Position numbers and translations under genes: made by a program. The notes below the pieces were generated by a model. The model worked only from the letters and a program-made list of their open reading frames with translations. It searched no databases and was not told the origin of the DNA. Positions 25,467 to 32,000 of a stretch of DNA of 32,000 bases are shown here, piece after piece (the stretch's first letter is position 1; every line of letters begins with the position of its first letter). The DNA is from Candidatus Methylomirabilis oxygeniifera (GTDB lineage Bacteria; Methylomirabilota; Methylomirabilia; Methylomirabilales; Methylomirabilaceae), in NCBI GenBank assembly GCA_000091165.1, contig FP565575.1, positions 2,100,001-2,132,000 on the forward strand, given 5' to 3'.

Positions 25467-26243
25467 TCAGGCTGGTTTCTTCCGCCTGCCGTTCATATAG
25501 TATTTGACGCCACCCACCAAGGCGCAAATAGCCAATAATGTGATCGCCAACTGGAACCCCAGATTCGACACCAGCCAAGGCAGGCGACTGTGTGCCCTTA
25601 CCGCCAGGCCTACGGAAAACGGGAAGCTGTAGGTATGGTCTACAGCTTTGATCTGGGCCTCTGTAGGATCGGTTCCGGGTCCATGGGTATGGCTGACTCG
25701 CTGCCATTCTCCAACCTCTGAGCCTCGATGAGGCTTGTGGGCAATGCCAGGTCCCGCCTTCTCCAGTGTCATGAGGGCAATGTAGTGCCCGGGCTTGGTG
25801 ATTTCGGTATCGATCCTGATCGACCCATCACCGTAAACAGCCGCGGGAAGGGAAAAAACAGCGTGGGAGTGTCCGCCACCTTCAGTGTCCTCGTGAGCCG
25901 CAACAGCCTCAACAATTCGAACCGAGATGGGAAGCGCTCGCATCTCCTCATTATACAGGTCAAACGCGATCGACAACTTGCCTGTCTTCGGGACCCCTTC
26001 ACAGTAAGACTGGAACTCCTTCTTGACCTGCTCCGACCCCACTTCGTGCATCAGCGGAATCATTCCCGCGCCGATAAGCTCCTGATAGGCAGTGAAGTGA
26101 ACGGTATAATGGCCCTTCACTGCGGTGCAAGCATCTGCCGCATCCCAGTCACCCATCACATCGCCACCGCCGTGACCAAAGGCCTGAGATGCCACAAAAA
26201 CCGGCACGAGCACGACCGAGAATAACAACATCAAGCGCTTCAT
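25467..26243 (-). CDS. Secreted, C-terminally anchored Cys/His protein; paralog of the pmo-linked gene at 3803..4567
   Basis: Signal peptide MKRLMLLFSVVLVPVFVASQAFG then HGGG; KGHYTVHFTAYQ, KKEFQSYCEGVPKTGKLSIAFDLYN, SVRIVEA, YSFPFSVGL motifs shared with 3803..4567. Confidence 0.8.
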   Translation of the reverse strand: MKRLMLLFSVVLVPVFVASQAFGHGGGDVMGDWDAADACTAVKGHYTVHFTAYQELIGAGMIPLMHEVGSEQVKKEFQSYCEGVPKTGKLSIAFDLYNEEMRALPISVRIVEAVAAHEDTEGGGHSHAVFSLPAAVYGDGSIRIDTEITKPGHYIALMTLEKAGPGIAHKPHRGSEVGEWQRVSHTHGPGTDPTEAQIKAVDHTYSFPFSVGLAVRAHSRLPWLVSNLGFQLAITLLAICALVGGVKYYMNGRRKKPA

Positions 26244-26343
26244 TACCGTTGCACTCCTCTCCTTTCTAATGTAGAGCGCTCATTCTTTACCGTCAAGCCT
26301 AATTTCCACACTACCGACAGCAGGCGAGATGCTCTCCGAACGA

Positions 26344-27756
26344 TCACCGTGACCCATCCGGCTTGCCGGGCAGACCGGGTTCGGTCAGTTTCACGGGGTC
26401 AAGGATCTCGGCTATCTGAGCCTCAGTAAGCAGTTTTTCCTCGCGGACGATGTCAATGATCGTTTTCTGCTCTCGTATAGCTCGCTTTACTACCTCGGCG
26501 ACCCTGGCATAGCCGACTAACACATTCAATGCCGTCGCCAACGCCATACTACGCTCAGCATAGCGGTGGCATCGGTCGACGTCGGCAACGATGCCGCCGA
26601 CACAGCGGTCAATGAAGACCCGTATAGCGTTTTTCAGGATTTCGATCGACTGGTGGAGATTATAGGCTAGGACCGGCATCATGACGTTCAGCTCAAGCTG
26701 TCCGGCCTGAACCGCCATCGAGACGGTCAGATCGTTGCCGATGACCTGGAAGCAGACCATGTTCAGCATCTCGGCCATAGACGGGTTAATCTTACCCGGC
26801 ATGATCGAGGAGCCCGGTTGCACCGCAGGCAGCTTGATCTCAGCCAACCCGGTGGTGGGACCTGAGGTCAGCAGGCGCAGATCGTTGCAGATTCGTGTCA
26901 ATTCAAGCGCAAGCAGCCTCAGGGCTGATGAGGCCTCGGCGATCGGGAGGTTCGACTGCATCGCTTCGCGCATGTCTGGCGCATTGCGCCACTCGATCCC
27001 CGTCCAGGCACATAGGTACTCCACCAGCCTGGCACGATACCGCGGGTGAGTGTTCAGGCCTGTACCGACGGCACTTCCGCCGATTCCCAACTCTTCAAGC
27101 GATCGCGCTGCGACAGCAATCCGCTCCCGACATTTTCCGATGGTCACCGCGTAGGCTGCGAACTCTTGACCCAGTCGGATAGGAACCGCATCCTGTAGAT
27201 GCGTTCGAGCCGACTTCAGGATGCCGTCAAATTCACTCGCTTTCTCAGCCAGGGCGGTCTTCAGATCCCCCAGGACCGGCAACAGCTCTGCCAACAGTAG
27301 ACGAGCGGCCATCCGCATGGCGGTTGGAAAGACATCATTGGTGGACTGGGCCATATTGACATGGTCATTGGGATGAACAATGGTATAGTCACCCTTCTGT
27401 CCCCCAAGGAGTTCGATAGCCCGGTTGGCCAGGACCTCGTTGGCATTCATGTTAAAAGAGGTGCCCGCTCCCATTTGATAGACATCTACAACAAACTGAT
27501 CTTGGAGCTTGCCGGCTAAGACCTCGTCGGCCGCCGCTGTGATCACCCTGCTGATCGCCGGCTTCAAGAGTTCCAAGTCGGTGTTGACCAGCGCGGCCGC
27601 CTTCTTCACCAGGACGATCGCCTCCACCATCCGTGAGTGCATCCTGAGCCCGCTAATGGGGAAATTTTCCATCGCCCTCACCGATTGCAGGCCATAGTAC
27701 GCCTCGACCGGAACCGCCTTCTCCCCCAATACATCCTTCTCGATCCGCGTCGCCAT
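26344..27756 (-). CDS. aspA: Aspartate ammonia-lyase (fumarase/aspartase family)
   Basis: RIEKDVLGEKAVPVEAYYGLQ; GSSIMPGKINPSMAEM; VIGNDLTVSMAVQAGQLELNVMMPV; start revised to ATG 27756. Confidence 0.88.
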   Translation of the reverse strand: MATRIEKDVLGEKAVPVEAYYGLQSVRAMENFPISGLRMHSRMVEAIVLVKKAAALVNTDLELLKPAISRVITAAADEVLAGKLQDQFVVDVYQMGAGTSFNMNANEVLANRAIELLGGQKGDYTIVHPNDHVNMAQSTNDVFPTAMRMAARLLLAELLPVLGDLKTALAEKASEFDGILKSARTHLQDAVPIRLGQEFAAYAVTIGKCRERIAVAARSLEELGIGGSAVGTGLNTHPRYRARLVEYLCAWTGIEWRNAPDMREAMQSNLPIAEASSALRLLALELTRICNDLRLLTSGPTTGLAEIKLPAVQPGSSIMPGKINPSMAEMLNMVCFQVIGNDLTVSMAVQAGQLELNVMMPVLAYNLHQSIEILKNAIRVFIDRCVGGIVADVDRCHRYAERSMALATALNVLVGYARVAEVVKRAIREQKTIIDIVREEKLLTEAQIAEILDPVKLTEPGLPGKPDGSR

Positions 27757-28133
27757 CTCGTTCTCTCCCGAGGTTACACGGTGTGACCTGCCGCTCATGC
27801 AGAATGAAGGCGAATACCCCTCGTTTACGCCGAAGCTTCGGCAAGACCGGCACCCTGTCTTTCAAGTTGATGAGGGCAATGACCCGGCCGCCGGAGAGCC
27901 GAGCAGCCGGTAATCGGCAGGCAGAGCCGCTCGGCGGTGCACACAGAATAGCATGATGGTCCAATATACGATATTCGATTTTATGCCGGGTTTCTTCGAC
28001 TGTACGATGACCTTACTCAAATCCGTAGTAAGGGGGATTGCATTGTCGAGGATCAATACGATACAATGCCGTCTATCCGGAGAACAATCATCGTCCGTTC
28101 GGCGGGATGCAGGAAAAGCCGGGACACGTTGTC

Positions 28134-29495
28134 ATGAGGCATAGCAATCGAAGGTGGAAATGGCGACTGGTTCTCGCAGTCGCTGCCTTGCTCGCGGCCG
28201 CACTACCGTGGGGTTCAGCCGTAGCGGCGGACCGCCCGTATTTGTCGCATGGGGCCGGCGCCTATCGGGATCAGTGGCAAGCACCCTCGGTCTATCAATG
28301 GCTCGATCCGAATCTCTTTACCTCCAACAATCCCATTCAGGGGGTCTTCAACGGGGAGGCATGTGTTGCCTGCCATGCCGGGGTTACGCCGACGATCGTC
28401 AACGATTGGAAAATCAGCAGACACGCGCCGGCCAAGGTCTACTGTACGGCCTGTCATGGCAACGACCACCAGAAGCTCTCCATGCCGAAACCGGAGACCT
28501 GCGAAGGGTGCCACAAGACCCAGGTCTCCCAATATAAGGAGGAGTTGAAAGCCGGCCACCCGGCTCATGCGCGCGCCATGGACCCTGACGTATATCGCAA
28601 TGCATGGCAGATGCATAAGCCGCAGGCCGAGGTCGTCGGATGCGCCCAGTGCCATCGGATCGGGAGCGTCGGGTGCGATAGCTGCCACACGCGCCATAAA
28701 TTCTCGGCGGCTGAAGCCCGCAAACCCAGCGCGTGCATGAGCTGTCACAGCGGGGTCGATCATCGGGACTACGAGGTCTGGGAGAACTCCAAGCACGGCA
28801 ACATCTGGCAGGCTGAGACACAGGACACGGATTGGACCACGCCGCTCCAACGCGGTAACTACCGGTTCCCCACCTGCGCCTACTGCCATATGCCCGGAGG
28901 CGACCACAACACGGTGCGTAACACTGTCTATGCAGGCATGGGGACACAGGAGGTCAACCGCGGGGCGCCGGAACATCAGGCCAAGCGGGACCGGTGGATC
29001 GGAGTATGCGGCGATTGCCACTCCTCCAGATTTGCTCGAGCACAGCTTGATTACATGGATGAAGCCGTCAGCGTCAGCTTCAAGAAGGTGCGGGAGGCAA
29101 AACGGATTCTCGAGGATCTGTACAAAGAGGGGATCATGGAACCGATGCCGCAGTTCCTGGCCCCAGGATGGAAGGGCGGGCATGCGGCGGCCTTTGGCGG
29201 CATGAACTATAACGTTCCGGCCATCGAGCGGCTCTTTTATGAAATGGTCGCCTTTGCCACCACTAATACGTTTAAAGGGGCGGCGCACGGCTCAGGCGGC
29301 GCCGCCACGTATACCTTCGGCGCCTTCGAGGCCGACAAGTACCTGGCCGCCATCAAGAGCGAGGCCGAGAAGATGCGGCGGATGGCCAAAATCGAACAGA
29401 AGGTCGGCGTGCCGTATCAACCGTCAGAGTTCTGGAAGCACGGCGAGTACACCGATACCCTCAAGGTTATCAAGGAACCGAAAGATGAGCGCTGA
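28134..29495 (+). CDS. Octaheme cytochrome c, hydroxylamine oxidoreductase-like
   Basis: Signal peptide ending SAVAA; eight CXXCH motifs (CVACH, CTACH, CEGCH, CAQCH, CDSCH, CMSCH, CAYCH, CGDCH). Alternative upstream start ATG 28107. Confidence 0.9.
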   Translation: MRHSNRRWKWRLVLAVAALLAAALPWGSAVAADRPYLSHGAGAYRDQWQAPSVYQWLDPNLFTSNNPIQGVFNGEACVACHAGVTPTIVNDWKISRHAPAKVYCTACHGNDHQKLSMPKPETCEGCHKTQVSQYKEELKAGHPAHARAMDPDVYRNAWQMHKPQAEVVGCAQCHRIGSVGCDSCHTRHKFSAAEARKPSACMSCHSGVDHRDYEVWENSKHGNIWQAETQDTDWTTPLQRGNYRFPTCAYCHMPGGDHNTVRNTVYAGMGTQEVNRGAPEHQAKRDRWIGVCGDCHSSRFARAQLDYMDEAVSVSFKKVREAKRILEDLYKEGIMEPMPQFLAPGWKGGHAAAFGGMNYNVPAIERLFYEMVAFATTNTFKGAAHGSGGAATYTFGAFEADKYLAAIKSEAEKMRRMAKIEQKVGVPYQPSEFWKHGEYTDTLKVIKEPKDER

Positions 29496-29534
29496 GGGCA
29501 AGGTGACGATCGCTCTCGCGCCATCCTCCTGCAA

Positions 29535-30047
29535 CTACGAGGTTTCGCGCGGCGGTATCTTCACCGTGAGCGCCCTGAGGCGAGTCGGCGTCAGCTCGCT
29601 CCTCAACGTCCAGGCCGGATCGGTAAACTGATCCCTCTTCTTCATCAGCAGCCATTCCTGTCCGGTCTCGCCCCTGGCGAACCGGGCCAGCGTAAAGGCC
29701 CCCTTCAGCTTTCGCCCCTTGAGAATGAAGGCGAATTTCCCTTCTTCGAGCTGAACCTCCGGTGAGGTCGACTCGATCGTCTCGTATGTGCCCTCGTCCC
29801 AGACCACTACCGGTCCGGCGCCGTAGCGGCCTTCCGGAATGATCCCTTCAAAGTCGATATAGTCCACCGGATGGTCGGCAACCATCATGGCCAGCCGCTT
29901 GTCGGCAGGATTCATGGAGGGACCCCTGGGAACCGCCCACGATCTGAGGACTCCCCCCATCTCAAGCCGGAAATCGTAATGCAGGTGCGTCGCTCTGTGC
30001 TCGTGGACGACGAAACGCCGGACGTTCTTGGTAGCCGGCTTCAACAT
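29535..30047 (-). CDS. Stand-alone LigD-type DNA 3'-phosphoesterase domain protein
   Basis: FVVHEHRATHLHYDFRLEMGGVLRSWAVPRGPS; YGAGPVVVWDEGTYE; WLLMKKRD. Confidence 0.9.
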   Translation of the reverse strand: MLKPATKNVRRFVVHEHRATHLHYDFRLEMGGVLRSWAVPRGPSMNPADKRLAMMVADHPVDYIDFEGIIPEGRYGAGPVVVWDEGTYETIESTSPEVQLEEGKFAFILKGRKLKGAFTLARFARGETGQEWLLMKKRDQFTDPAWTLRSELTPTRLRALTVKIPPRETS

Positions 30048-30377
30048 CTTTCCAGTTCCTTACGGTGGATGGATACGCCGGATTATGTCATACCTGAAGC
30101 GGCATGCGTAAATGCTACGTGACAACCGGAATCGCTTGCCGCAACCAGGTCTGCGTAGTAGAGTACGGAAGCGAAAGCGAAACTGATGGCGAAGTCTGAC
30201 ATGGGCAGGTGACAGTCTTCAGGAATGATCTCGTGTTGGTCGCTTCGTAACACCCCAGCCAACAGAATACCCAGATCGGCCGGCTGACCGAGGCGATGTT
30301 TCAGCGCATGTTTGACGTGGCAAGGCGCTATCCGGGTAGAGACTTGGGTGAACAGACGGGATAACGACACAGCGGAG

Positions 30378-31085
30378 ATGGTCGGAACCGAATCCGGCTC
30401 GCAGCGAGGAATCCTGTTGGATTTCGATCATACGCTCTTTGATACCGATCGCTTCTTCTGGGTCGATCTGAAGGCCGCCTTCGGTCAATTCGGCGTCTCC
30501 GATGACGCCTGGGAGAAGAGCTATGCGACGATCTGGCCATCCGGGTATTCGCTGGCAAAGCATGTGGAGGAACTCGGCAGGCTGGGCGCTATCGCATCCG
30601 CCTCCGTGGCCTCTGCAATGCACGCGACCCTCGAACGTACCTTTTCCAACCTGCGTCCGTACCTGTTCCCGGATGTTGTCGAGTTTCTGAATGCGGCGCG
30701 TTATCGAGCGTTCGATCTGATCTTACTCTCCTTTGGCGACCCGGCTTGGCAAACCTATAAGGTGCAAGCCGCCGGGCTGATCCCCTACTTCACACAAATC
30801 ATCTATACACCCCACGAAAAAGGGAAGGCAGGGATGCTCGCTACGCTCGCTCCGGCGTATTTGGAACTTCGTGCGATCGACAATAACCCGACCGACCTTG
30901 ATGCCATGAAGACGTCGACCCCTCGTCTGCAGACTTATCTGATCTGTCGCGTAGACCCATCCGCAATAGAGAAAGCTGATCCATCGCTTCGGGAACGCTT
31001 CCGCGAGGCCGCCAGGTATCCAACCATCCCCTCCCGCTTGCCGCACCGGCAATGCCGGAGCCTGAATGAGGTGTCGCTTTCATGA
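30378..31085 (+). CDS. HAD-superfamily hydrolase
   Basis: ILLDFDHTLFDTDRFF motif I; LILLSFGDP motif II; KAGMLATL; AIDNNPTDLDAM. ORF extends upstream to 30312. Confidence 0.85.
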   Translation: MVGTESGSQRGILLDFDHTLFDTDRFFWVDLKAAFGQFGVSDDAWEKSYATIWPSGYSLAKHVEELGRLGAIASASVASAMHATLERTFSNLRPYLFPDVVEFLNAARYRAFDLILLSFGDPAWQTYKVQAAGLIPYFTQIIYTPHEKGKAGMLATLAPAYLELRAIDNNPTDLDAMKTSTPRLQTYLICRVDPSAIEKADPSLRERFREAARYPTIPSRLPHRQCRSLNEVSLS

Positions 31086-32000
31086 CCGAACTGATCGTCG
31101 CTACGGCGCCTACACGCATCGACTTTGCCGGTGGGACGCTCGATATCCCACCGCTTCACCTCTTCCACCAACCGGCGATCACCGTGAATGTCGCGATCGA
31201 TCTTGTCGCCCAGGTGACTATGACGAGGCGGCCGGGACGCGCAATCAGACTGACGGCAGCCGATCAACGGCGGCAACTGACCTGGTCATCGCGCGACAAG
31301 ATCGCCTGGACGCGCCAGCCGTTTCTGGAGATGCTGGCCAGGCTGGTCCGGTCACTCGCACCCGATACCGGTCTGGAAATCCGAACCGACTGCCAGGCGC
31401 CGGCCGGCGCGGGGACCGGCGGCTCTTCGGCGCTGGCGGTCGCAACGGCAGCGGCCCTGTCGGCGGCCGCAGGCCGGCCGCTCAACCGTAACACGCTGAT
31501 TGAGCACGCAAAGGCGATCGAGACCCAGGCCATTCGTGTCCCCACTGGCTATCAGGATTACTACGCCGCCGCCTATGGCGGCGCCAGCAGCATCGAATTC
31601 GGACTCACCGGTATTCGCCGCACCGCCATCGCAAAGAAGCCGTTTCTGGCGCAGCTTGAGCGGCATCTCCTGCTGCTCTACCTCGGCAAGCCTCGCTTCT
31701 CAGGCGCCAACAACTGGGACCTGTTTAAGCGCCACATAGAAGGAGATCGGAAGACTTTCGCCTTCTTCGATGCCTTACAAGACAACGCCCTCGCGATGCG
31801 GAATGCCTTCCTCCAAGAGGACCTGGCCGGTATTGCTCGTCTCCTGAACCGTGATTGGGAGACCAGGCGACGGGCGCTCCCTACCATGAGCAGCCCCACC
31901 ATCGACAGACTGATTCATTCCATGAAGCGGGCAGGTGCCTTCGGGGCCAGGGTCTGCGGTGCGGGCGGCGGAGGCTGCCTCGCTCTCATTATCCGGCCTC
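31082..32000 (+). CDS. GHMP-family sugar kinase, 3' truncated by window edge
   Basis: MTELIVATAPTRIDFAGGTLDIPPLHLFH...; APAGAGTGGSSALAVATAAAL GHMP motif; VCGAGGGGCLALI near end; ATGA overlap with the HAD gene. Absent from supplied track because no stop in window. Confidence 0.88.
   Translation, partial: MTELIVATAPTRIDFAGGTLDIPPLHLFHQPAITVNVAIDLVAQVTMTRRPGRAIRLTAADQRRQLTWSSRDKIAWTRQPFLEMLARLVRSLAPDTGLEIRTDCQAPAGAGTGGSSALAVATAAALSAAAGRPLNRNTLIEHAKAIETQAIRVPTGYQDYYAAAYGGASSIEFGLTGIRRTAIAKKPFLAQLERHLLLLYLGKPRFSGANNWDLFKRHIEGDRKTFAFFDALQDNALAMRNAFLQEDLAGIARLLNRDWETRRRALPTMSSPTIDRLIHSMKRAGAFGARVCGAGGGGCLALIIRP

Noticed and set aside
30083-30623. Minus-strand ORFs 30083..30370 (95 aa) and 30219..30623 (134 aa) between the LigD-like and HAD genes
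   Set aside because: No recognisable domain or clear SD; second overlaps the HAD gene start. Coding status cannot be supported from sequence alone.

Overview
The window looks chromosomal, from an NC10-type (Candidatus Methylomirabilis-like) methanotroph; this taxonomic guess rests on protein character only. The centrepiece is a minus-strand particulate methane monooxygenase locus (pmoC-pmoA-pmoB, 7963 to 4970). It is followed by an unlisted 27-aa single-helix micro-ORF with a strong Shine-Dalgarno, then by a secreted, membrane-anchored Cys/His protein. That last protein has a paralog about 21 kb away (25467..26243), close to an octaheme HAO-like cytochrome c. Upstream of pmoC is a GC-rich sigma-54 enhancer-binding regulator with an N-terminal [2Fe-2S] ferredoxin domain. 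Between the two lie a near-perfect sigma-54 promoter (TGGCAC-N5-TTGC), a nested sigma-70-type promoter and a dyad suited to an upstream activator site. Together these suggest redox- or copper-responsive sigma-54 control of pMMO. Other content: porin C-terminus, ftsH, DEAD-box helicase, lipoprotein, groEL/groES with a perfect CIRCE, nucleotidyltransferase-phosphomannomutase fusion plus a second phosphohexomutase, FtsB/DivIC-like protein, a 42-aa membrane micro-ORF, dxr-rseP-ispG-proS, aspA, LigD-type 3'-phosphoesterase, HAD hydrolase and a truncated GHMP kinase. Several strong hairpins and two dispersed repeat families are also visible. No CRISPR array, transposase or tRNA/rRNA was recognised.
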